Positions 8,192-15,255 of a stretch of DNA of 15,396 nt are shown here, one piece after another (the first letter of the stretch is position 1; every line of letters starts with the position of its first letter). The DNA is from Archangium sp. (GTDB lineage Bacteria; Myxococcota; Myxococcia; Myxococcales; Myxococcaceae): positions 1-15,396 of the forward strand of contig JANLPS010000395.1 of the NCBI GenBank assembly GCA_031367385.1. The letters are read 5' to 3'. The notes beneath the pieces are model-generated. The model had not been told where the DNA came from and searched no databases. It worked only from the letters and a program-made list of their open reading frames with translations. The position numbers were made by a program, and so were the translations under genes.

Positions 8192-9505
8192 CTAGTAGTC
8201 GTAGCGAATGCCGACCGACACGCCGCCGACGTTCGCCGAGTACTTGTACGACGGCACCACGTCAGTCGACTCTTTGCTCGCCGCGCGCGGCATCATGAAC
8301 GTGCCGTGCCCGGAAATGTCGATTTTCACAGGGCTTTCGAAGATCTCCAGCGGGTCATTGAAGTTGAACCCGATGCCGCCGGTGACGCCAACCGCCGCTC
8401 CGTCGAGAATGTTGGTCCCAGCGGTGTCTTGGCGCGGCACCATCGTCGGGCGATAAAACCCACCCGCTCGGGCGAGAAACCGATCGCTGATGCGCCACTC
8501 GAGCCCCATGCGGCCGGTCACGGTGTCGGTGAACCCGGGCGCCTGCTGCGCAGACTCGATGTTGAACGCGTTCTCCAAGCCCAGGGCCGACAGCGTGGCG
8601 CCCGAGAGCGACATCTTCACGTTCATGTACGGCGAGGGCGCAGCGCTCCAGTTCTGCCACTGCGCATCGACCGCCAAGGTGAGGTTGTCGAGAATGTCGA
8701 ACGAGCCACCGAACTGCAGCGAGTGCGGCGAGTAGTGCGTGACGCCGGTGAGCGCGAAGTTGAGCGCGCCGATGCCCTCGAGGTCGACCTTCGCGGGAAT
8801 TTCGTAGATGAGCTTGATCTCCCAGCGAAACGTGACGCCCAAGCGCAACCGCCGCCACGGAGTCACCGTCAACCCGAACACCGGCCCCACGCGGTTCGCG
8901 AGGTACGAGTTGATCTCAGCCGTCTTCACCGTCTTCGAGAACAGGTCGACCTTCACCGCCGCGCCGTCACCGACGAGGTCGGCGAGCACCTGCACGCCCG
9001 CGCCGATGTTCAACCAATCGACGATCTTCAAGCCCGCGCCCACGTGCAGCACGAAGCGCTCGGGCGACGAATCGTAGTTGTACCAAAACGGCTGCGTGCG
9101 CTGCGGGGCGCTGACCCTCAGCAGCACCGACGTCGGCAAGGTGATGCCCAAGCCAATCGCCAACCGGTTCTTCACCTTGCCCCCGAGGGGAAACACGAAG
9201 CCGAGCGAGGCGCCCAGCGAGTCGCGGGGCTGGCAGCTGTGGCAATCGAGGTCGGCGGTGCCGCCGGTCTTCTCAATCGTCGCGGTCGGTTTGTAATACT
9301 GAAATGAGAGGCCGAAGTTCGAGTCTTTGCTATCGACCAACAGCGACGGGTTGTAGAAAACCGCCGAGTAATCATTGGCTTCGGCGGTCATCGCCCCGCC
9401 CATGGCCGCCGCGCGCGGGCCCAGCCCATACATGTCGTTGTTTTCGGCACCCGCAACCATCGGGCAAACAACCAGCGCAACGGCGATCAATCGAGACTGA
9501 ACCAT
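8192..9505 (-). CDS. Outer-membrane beta-barrel of the OmpP1/FadL/TodX family (hydrophobic-compound channel)
   Basis: Signal peptide ending AGA. N-terminal hatch motif GLGPRAAAMGGAMTAEANDYSAVFYNPSLL (cf. FadL NPA). Alternating amphipathic strands, MGLEWR and ARAGGFY segments, C-terminal aromatic beta-signal VGIRYDY. RBS GAGGGG. 437 aa. Confidence 0.85.
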   Translation of the reverse strand: MVQSRLIAVALVVCPMVAGAENNDMYGLGPRAAAMGGAMTAEANDYSAVFYNPSLLVDSKDSNFGLSFQYYKPTATIEKTGGTADLDCHSCQPRDSLGASLGFVFPLGGKVKNRLAIGLGITLPTSVLLRVSAPQRTQPFWYNYDSSPERFVLHVGAGLKIVDWLNIGAGVQVLADLVGDGAAVKVDLFSKTVKTAEINSYLANRVGPVFGLTVTPWRRLRLGVTFRWEIKLIYEIPAKVDLEGIGALNFALTGVTHYSPHSLQFGGSFDILDNLTLAVDAQWQNWSAAPSPYMNVKMSLSGATLSALGLENAFNIESAQQAPGFTDTVTGRMGLEWRISDRFLARAGGFYRPTMVPRQDTAGTNILDGAAVGVTGGIGFNFNDPLEIFESPVKIDISGHGTFMMPRAASKESTDVVPSYKYSANVGGVSVGIRYDY

Positions 9506-9534
9506 GTGCCCCTCAACGAATGATTCGCGTTCAG

Positions 9535-10806
9535 TTAGTCATCAGCGAACGGCTGAATGGCCTGAACGGCAGCGAGCTCTTGTCGTGCTTCCGACAGCTC
9601 TGAGTTGGTCTCTCGCAGTCGGTCTGACAGCACCTGCACGAAGCTCCACAAGAGCTTCACCGCGAGAATTGATTCTTTCTTCATCAGGTTCATCAAGTCG
9701 CCACGCGCGACCACCATCACCCGGGTGGGCTCAATCGCCCTGACCGTGGCCGAGCGAGGCGCGTTGTCGATCAGCCCCATCTCGCCGAAGTGACCACCCG
9801 CGCGCAGCTCGGCGATCTCGACTCCGCCTTTTTCGACCGAGACCCGGCCGCGAATCACCACGAACAGCTCGTCGCCCGGCTGACCCTCGGTGACGATCTC
9901 GCGCCCCGCGGGGAACGTGCGGGTGCTGGCGATCGACAACACGGCGGTCTGTTCTTTGTACGTGAGGTGCCTGAAGAGGGGGATCTTCTTCAGCGCCTCC
10001 ATGCGCGACTGGGCTTCGACGACGTCGTCTTCGCTCGAGGCCGGGTCTCCGCCGATGCTGACGGCCACCGCGGTGATGTTGTCTTTGCCGCCGCGCTCAT
10101 TGGCGATCGCGATCAGGCGATCGGGCACTTCTTTGAGCGGCATCGCGATGATGACCGAGCCGACCTCTTCGTCGGGCATGTAGCCATGCAAGCCGTCGCT
10201 GCAGAGCATGAACACGTCGCCGGGCAACAGGTCGACGAGCAAGGTGTCGACTTGCACTGATTCTTGAATGCCGACCGCGCGGGTGATCACGTTGCGGTAC
10301 TGGCTGGTCGCGGCTTGATCTTTGGTGATGGTGCCGGCTTTGAGCTGCGCGGCGATCAAGGTGTGGTCTTCGGTGAGCCTGTGGCACTGGCCGTTGCGAA
10401 CCAGATACACGCGGCTGTCACCGACGTGGCCAATCAACCCCTTCGAGCCCGCGACGACCAGACAGACGAAGGTCGTGCCCATGCCGCGCTTGGTGCTGTC
10501 GGTGGTGGCCGTCTTGTAGATGTCGGCGCAGGCGCGCTGCACGGAGGTCTCGACCAGCTGGGCTCCGGCGGCACGGTTGGCCGGCGTCGGGTCTTTGGCG
10601 AGGTCTTTGAGAATGGCGCGGTTGGCGATGATCTGCTGCTTGACGACCTCGGTCGCGCGCGCGCTGGCCACTTCACCCGCCGCGTGCCCGCCCATGCCGT
10701 CGGCGACGATGTAGAGCCCGAGCCCGGGGTCGACCAGCATCGCGTCTTCGTTGTGCTGGCGTTTTCGACCAACATCGGTCGCGCCATACGCTTCAGTGGT
10801 GAGCAC
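9535..10806 (-). CDS. PP2C/PPM Ser/Thr protein phosphatase fused to a C-terminal cyclic-nucleotide-binding domain (from memory similar to M. xanthus Pph3; unverified)
   Basis: PPM motifs TDVGRKRQHNED, VADGMGGHAAGEVAS, MGTT, HVGDSRVY, LTEDHT, RNVITRAVG, LCSDGL, GGKDNIT. cNMP domain: LKKIPLF, IVTEGQPGDELFVVIRGRV and phosphate-binding cassette FGEMGLIDNAPRSATV. GTG start with GAGG upstream. Confidence 0.93.
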   Translation of the reverse strand: MLTTEAYGATDVGRKRQHNEDAMLVDPGLGLYIVADGMGGHAAGEVASARATEVVKQQIIANRAILKDLAKDPTPANRAAGAQLVETSVQRACADIYKTATTDSTKRGMGTTFVCLVVAGSKGLIGHVGDSRVYLVRNGQCHRLTEDHTLIAAQLKAGTITKDQAATSQYRNVITRAVGIQESVQVDTLLVDLLPGDVFMLCSDGLHGYMPDEEVGSVIIAMPLKEVPDRLIAIANERGGKDNITAVAVSIGGDPASSEDDVVEAQSRMEALKKIPLFRHLTYKEQTAVLSIASTRTFPAGREIVTEGQPGDELFVVIRGRVSVEKGGVEIAELRAGGHFGEMGLIDNAPRSATVRAIEPTRVMVVARGDLMNLMKKESILAVKLLWSFVQVLSDRLRETNSELSEARQELAAVQAIQPFADD

Positions 10807-10875
10807 GCAAGGCCTCGGCAGGGTCCAACTTCAAAGGTGGGCGTGGGTAGCAGGACCTGCGCACGAAAGAAAGGG

Positions 10876-11391
10876 TCACGTCGCCCGTTGTTTCAACAAC
10901 TTGAGAAACCCGTCGGCCGAGTAAAACGTCAGCTCGACCGACCCGATTTTGACTTTGATGCCGACGGTGAGCACGACGGCGGCTTTGGCGGGCAACTTCT
11001 TGCCTGCCGCCATGGTGCCGTTGCGAGAACCCGCGTCGAAGAGTTGCCATTGGCCGGTCGCCTCGTCTTGCTGCATCCACGCGTGAAAGCGCGAGACGGA
11101 GGTGTCATCGAGCACGATGTCGTTGTTGTTGGTGCGACCGATGGTGACGCGCCGCTGAAAGGCGTTGTCTTTGGTCTTCTCGACGATCACGGCCAACGGC
11201 TCGCCGCCGCCGATCGAGGTCATCTCGAGCCCGCTCTGGGTTCGAAATTGGTAGTCGTCGTCTTCATCGTCTTTCGACTCGGCGGCCTCGGCAGGCTCGT
11301 ACAGGAGCACGGGGCGGCCTTTGAGGCGCACCTCGACGTCTTGCGGGTCATACGAATAGCGAGTGAACCAGGCGAGCAGCGTCTCCGCCAT
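10876..11391 (-). CDS. Small stand-alone FHA-domain protein
   Basis: FHA signature TIGRTNNNDIVLDDTSVSRFHA ... DAGSRNGT ... IKIGSV-like last strand, with phospho-Thr-binding GR, SxxH and NG residues intact. Acidic N-terminal linker. GAGG upstream of the ATG. Confidence 0.92.
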   Translation of the reverse strand: MAETLLAWFTRYSYDPQDVEVRLKGRPVLLYEPAEAAESKDDEDDDYQFRTQSGLEMTSIGGGEPLAVIVEKTKDNAFQRRVTIGRTNNNDIVLDDTSVSRFHAWMQQDEATGQWQLFDAGSRNGTMAAGKKLPAKAAVVLTVGIKVKIGSVELTFYSADGFLKLLKQRAT

Positions 11392-11437
11392 ACGGCGCGA
11401 ACCTCACACCGCTTTTCACTTCAGGGCCAGACCTTTG

Positions 11438-12199
11438 TCAGTTTTCTGCAGGTGTTGACGTGCCCGACACGGCCCGACAGGCCTGCCAGAGCGCCGGCCG
11501 GGCCTCTTCAACGAAGGGGCACTCGAGCACCGAGGCCAGGTAGAACGGTGCCTGCCTCGAGAAGTACACGGCCCGCGCCAAGTCATCGAGCACCGAGGCA
11601 TTAAAGCCGAGCAATGACGAGGCCTTGGCCCGCACGAAGAACAAGGCCGGGTGCTCGGCGAAGCGGGTCAACGCGGCTGCAATTCTTCGCTTCGAGCTGA
11701 ACACGGTCAGCTCGAGGTTCACCGGAGTGGCCTCATGGGTCAGCACCAACCACTCATGCAGCAGCACCTCGGCGACCGAGGCCGGGGGCTTTGTGTCGAA
11801 GCGCTCGATGAGCTCGAGGGGCTGGCTGCGCACCTCGGTCAGCAGGCTCAGCCAGCGCGCCTCGCCTCCGCTGAACCCGTTCGACTCGATCGACGCGGGG
11901 TCGAAGGGCCGGTTCTGCACCAGCGCGCACAACAGCTCGTGACGCAGCCGCAGTGACTCGGTCGGTTCACGCTCGAGCCGGCCCGGCGCAGGGCCTCCCT
12001 CGGGGGGCCGGGGTAAGTGCAGCGCGGCGCTCCCCTCTTCTGGGCGAAACACGTCAGCGAGCAGTGTGTCCCAGTCGAGCCAGGCGAGCGTTGGGTAGAA
12101 GCCGGCCTGTTTTCGAAGGCGATAGACGTTGAGCCGATGCAGCCCGACCACGCCACCCGCGTAGGCGAGCGCGACGGCGCCAGCCAAGACCGAGCTCAC
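11438..12199 (-). CDS. Hypothetical protein with N-terminal membrane helix and one C-terminal TPR-like motif
   Basis: 253-aa ORF co-oriented with its neighbours and filling the gap between them. GTG start overlaps the yacG TGA (GTGA at 12196-12199). Hydrophobic VLAGAVALAYAGGVVGL. TPR-like segment ALFFVRAKASSLLGFNASVLDDLARAVYFS. Confidence 0.75.
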   Translation of the reverse strand: MSSVLAGAVALAYAGGVVGLHRLNVYRLRKQAGFYPTLAWLDWDTLLADVFRPEEGSAALHLPRPPEGGPAPGRLEREPTESLRLRHELLCALVQNRPFDPASIESNGFSGGEARWLSLLTEVRSQPLELIERFDTKPPASVAEVLLHEWLVLTHEATPVNLELTVFSSKRRIAAALTRFAEHPALFFVRAKASSLLGFNASVLDDLARAVYFSRQAPFYLASVLECPFVEEARPALWQACRAVSGTSTPAEN

Positions 12200-12408
12200 G
12201 CATCCTCTGGGTGACGGAGCGCCTGGGTCTGGGCGCCATCGCCATCGTCATCGTCGTCTTCAGAGGTGACGGCGAAGCGGTACTCTTCACCGAGCCATTT
12301 GCCCAGATCGATCGCCTTGCAGCGCTCGGAGCAGAAGGGAAACTGAGGGTTCTGGGCTCGAGCGAGCACATCGCGTTTGCAAATCGGGCATCGGGAGGTC
12401 GTCGCCAT
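12196..12408 (-). CDS. yacG: DNA gyrase inhibitor YacG (zinc finger), 70 aa
   Basis: RCPICKR ... FPFCSERCKAIDLGKWLGEEYRF plus acidic tail, the YacG signature. ATG at 12408 chosen over the GTG at 12447 in the track, which would overlap the divergent gene region. Confidence 0.93.
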   Translation of the reverse strand: MATTSRCPICKRDVLARAQNPQFPFCSERCKAIDLGKWLGEEYRFAVTSEDDDDDGDGAQTQALRHPEDA

Positions 12409-12449
12409 CGCCCGCGCATTCTGCCCGAACCCGCGTGTATCGTGCACGG

Positions 12450-13736
12450 GTGCGTTTGCTGGCCCTCACTCTTTTGGTGGTCTGTGCGTGCCGGCAGAGC
12501 GGCACGACCACCGTCATCACGCCCACGATGACGGCCGACCCGATCTGTGGCGACGGCAAGCTCGGCCCTGCAGAAGAATGTGACGGGTCTGATTTTGGCG
12601 GGGCGACCTGCACCTCGCGCGGGTTCGATCGCGGGCAGCTGGCATGCGACGCGAAGTGCCGCTTCGTCGAGACCTTGTGCGAGCGCCAATGCGGCAACGG
12701 CCGGGTCGACGTGGGCGAGACCTGTGATGGCGACGCCGGGGTGACTGCGTGCCCGAGCTTCGGCTCCCATGCCTGCACGGCGAGTTGCCAGCTCGACACC
12801 TCGCATTGCGTGACGACCGCGTTCGATGAGGGGCCGGCCTTCTTCATGACCAACGGTGGGCCCTCGGTGATCGCCGATCTCCCTCCGAGCGGCGCGCGAG
12901 ATCTGGTGGTCGCCGTGCCATCGTTCGGGAGAGTCGAAACTTTCCCCTGGGTGGTTCAGCAGGGGTTCTCGCAGACGCAGGGCCGCAAATTGTCGTTCGA
13001 GACGACGCCTCGCGTGCCCTCGGTCGCCGATGTGAACGGCGATGGGCTCAACGACGTCATCACGCTCAACGACGATGGCGCGATCGACGTGCTGCTCGCC
13101 AAGACGAGCGGGTTCTCGAGGGTGCCGGCCACCGATGTGCGCTGCTCTGGGGGCCACTTCATCGCGCCGACGGTGCTCTCGTGCGGCCCGACGGTGCTCG
13201 TGCTTCAAGACGGCGGAGTGACCCAGGTCTCAGCCGAGGTCACCGCGTTCACCGGAGATCTCTGGAGCGCCTCGGCCAATTCACTTCGCCAACTCGCCGC
13301 GCCCGATTTCGTCGATGGAGGCGTCTTCACGTTGGTGGGCGCCCCCACGGCGATCGCCCTCGGAGACCTGGACGGCGACGGCGACCTCGACTTGGCCAAT
13401 TTCTCTGCCGGCACGCTCACCGTGCTCGAGCGAACAGCGACTGCTTTCGCCGTGAAGGTCACCTTCTCAGACGCGGCGGCGAACCACCTCGCGATCAGCG
13501 ACGTCGATCTCGATGGGCGGCCCGACCTCCTCTGGCTCAGCGGCACTGACGTGATCATTCGTCGCAACAATGGCGGCTTCGCATTCACCGAATTTCGTGT
13601 ACCGATCGGGAGCACCGCCCCTCTCTCGTTCAACATCGGCGACGTTGACGGCGACGGAGATCTCGACTTCGTGCTCACCACCTCTCAAGGCGGTGAAGCG
13701 ACCCGCACCGACGTGAAGCTCAATCGCGTTCGCTGA
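12450..13736 (+). CDS. Probable lipoprotein with myxobacterial Cys-rich repeats and FG-GAP/VCBS beta-propeller repeats
   Basis: Signal (V/M)RLLALTLLVVCAC with a non-canonical lipobox. Two CG(D/N)G.....E.CDG repeats. Ca-binding FG-GAP motifs ADVNGDGLNDVI, GDLDGDGDLDLA, SDVDLDGRPDLL, GDVDGDGDLDFV and degenerate ADLPPSGARDLVV. Start is GTG at 12450 or 12435 (uncertain). Confidence 0.82.
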   Translation: MRLLALTLLVVCACRQSGTTTVITPTMTADPICGDGKLGPAEECDGSDFGGATCTSRGFDRGQLACDAKCRFVETLCERQCGNGRVDVGETCDGDAGVTACPSFGSHACTASCQLDTSHCVTTAFDEGPAFFMTNGGPSVIADLPPSGARDLVVAVPSFGRVETFPWVVQQGFSQTQGRKLSFETTPRVPSVADVNGDGLNDVITLNDDGAIDVLLAKTSGFSRVPATDVRCSGGHFIAPTVLSCGPTVLVLQDGGVTQVSAEVTAFTGDLWSASANSLRQLAAPDFVDGGVFTLVGAPTAIALGDLDGDGDLDLANFSAGTLTVLERTATAFAVKVTFSDAAANHLAISDVDLDGRPDLLWLSGTDVIIRRNNGGFAFTEFRVPIGSTAPLSFNIGDVDGDGDLDFVLTTSQGGEATRTDVKLNRVR

Positions 13737-13845
13737 CGATGTGTGTCTTGTCCGACATTTCGCGACTTATGCGACAGGCAAGGTGTGATGAATCTTTGTC
13801 CGGCCGCTGTGCGACGTCGACCTGCTAGGTCGCACGCCTCCACAC

Positions 13846-13850
13846 GAGGG
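13846..13850 (+). promoter_or_regulatory. Ribosome-binding site of the M43 protease gene
   Basis: GAGGG lies 6 nt before ATG 13857, which supports this start over the track's 13743. Confidence 0.65.
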
Positions 13851-13856
13851 ACGACA

Positions 13857-15248
13857 ATGTCACGACTGGTACGAGTGTCTGTGTTCGGTGCGGTTTTGTC
13901 GGTGATGCAAGCGTGCGGTGGCCCGCTCGAGCAATCGGGGCCCAACGCTGATGACTCGCAGGCCATCGCCGATGATCAGGTCGAGACGAAAGACACGCTG
14001 AGCATCAAGCCGCGTGCGTGCGGTACCGTCGACATGTCGCCGTCTGAACGCGCGCAGATCGACAACCAGCTCTCGCTGATGGCCTCGGCCACCGCGACGC
14101 CGCGCACTCTGCAGACCTGGGTGCACGTGATCAACACCGGCTCGGCGCGCACGCAGGGCAACATTCCCGACTCGATGATCGTCGACCAGATTCGCGTGCT
14201 CAACGACACCTACCGGCCGACGGGTTGGCAGTTCGCGCTCGCCGGCACCGATCGCACCACCAACGCGACCTGGTACACCGTCTCGCCGGGCACCTCGGCC
14301 GAGACCGCGATGAAGACCGCGCTGCGCAAGGGCGGCGCTGACACCCTCAACATCTACCTGGCGAACCTGGGCGGCGGGTTGCTCGGCTGGGCCACCTTCC
14401 CCAACAGCTACGCGTCGGCCCCCAAGATGGACGGCGTGGTCATCTTGAATGAGAGCCTGCCGAGCGGCACCGTCACCAACTACAACCTGGGCTACACGGT
14501 GACCCACGAGGTCGGCCACTGGGTCGGTCTCTGGCACACCTTTCAGGGCGGCTGCACGGCGCCCGGCGACCAGGTCGATGACACGCCGCCCGAGGCGAGC
14601 GCGACCAGTGGCTGCCCGGCGACCAAAGACACCTGCAGCGGCGGCGGCACCGACCCGATCACCAACTTCATGGACTACTCGTACGACTCCTGCATGACCG
14701 GGTTCTCGGGCGGCCAGAACACCCGCATGAACACCATGATGGCGTTTCGCGACACCGCGACGACCGATGGCGGCACCGATGCCGGCCAGGTTGATGCGGG
14801 CCCGGTCGACGCTGGCCCGGCTGACGCTGGGCACGACGGTGGCGTTGATGCCGGCCCGGTTGACGCGGGCTCGCCCGATGCTGGCCCGGCCGACGCGGGC
14901 TCACCCGACGCTGGCCCGGCCGACGGCGGCGTCGCGAACGTGCTGATCGACGGCGTGCCGGTCGACAACATCGCCGGCGCGAAGGGCGAAGAAGATCGCT
15001 TCACCATGGTGGTGCCGGCCTCGGCGAAGACGGTGACCTTCTCGACCAGCGGCGGTGCCGGCGATGCCGACCTGTACGTGAAGGCCGACGCCGACCCGAC
15101 GACCACCAGCTACACCTGCCGCGACTTCGGCAGCACCAATGCGGGCAAGTGCACCCTGAGCGTGACGAAGGCGACGACCTTTCACGTGCTGGTCAGGGGC
15201 TTCAAAGCCTTCAGCGGCGTGCGGCTCATCGGCGACTACTCGCCTTGA
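13857..15248 (+). CDS. Secreted/lipoprotein M43 (pappalysin/ulilysin-like) zinc metalloprotease with DAG-repeat linker and C-terminal PPC domain, 463 aa
   Basis: Signal ending LSVMQAC. Pro-segment cysteine-switch-like RACGT. QIRVLNDTY, LNIY, LLGWATFP, DGVVI. Metzincin motif THEVGHWVGLWHTFQGGC, GDQVDDTP, Met-turn NFMDYSYDSCM. PPC domain FTMVVP...FSTSGGAGDADLYVK....PTTTSYTCR. Confidence 0.93.
   Translation: MSRLVRVSVFGAVLSVMQACGGPLEQSGPNADDSQAIADDQVETKDTLSIKPRACGTVDMSPSERAQIDNQLSLMASATATPRTLQTWVHVINTGSARTQGNIPDSMIVDQIRVLNDTYRPTGWQFALAGTDRTTNATWYTVSPGTSAETAMKTALRKGGADTLNIYLANLGGGLLGWATFPNSYASAPKMDGVVILNESLPSGTVTNYNLGYTVTHEVGHWVGLWHTFQGGCTAPGDQVDDTPPEASATSGCPATKDTCSGGGTDPITNFMDYSYDSCMTGFSGGQNTRMNTMMAFRDTATTDGGTDAGQVDAGPVDAGPADAGHDGGVDAGPVDAGSPDAGPADAGSPDAGPADGGVANVLIDGVPVDNIAGAKGEEDRFTMVVPASAKTVTFSTSGGAGDADLYVKADADPTTTSYTCRDFGSTNAGKCTLSVTKATTFHVLVRGFKAFSGVRLIGDYSP
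14766..14930 (+). repeat. Intragenic 15-bp-period tandem repeat encoding DAG(P/S/Q)x pentapeptides
   Basis: Nine DAG and three DGG units, mostly at 5-codon spacing. Includes a 30-bp tandem duplication, 14862-14891 vs 14892-14921, with 28/30 identity. Confidence 0.9.
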
Positions 15249-15255
15249 TGAGCGC

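Noticed and set aside
9233..9247. CHSCQ as a c-type heme attachment site
   Set aside because: It lacks the His after the second Cys. None of the CxxC motifs noted in this window is CxxCH.
9517..9527. Palindrome CGAAT-G-ATTCG upstream of the fadL-like RBS
   Set aside because: Only 5-bp arms; too short to distinguish from chance without comparative data.
13743..13856. 38-codon N-terminal extension of the M43 ORF given in the track
   Set aside because: The ATG at 13857 has an RBS and begins a proper signal peptide; the extension would bury it.
12054..14834. Minus-strand ORFs 12054-13208 (384 aa) and 13860-14834 (324 aa)
   Set aside because: Antisense shadows of the FG-GAP lipoprotein and M43 protease genes, with no recognisable domains.
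14766..14930. Tandem repeats as a CRISPR array
   Set aside because: They are in-frame coding repeats with synonymous variation, no unique spacers and no cas genes.
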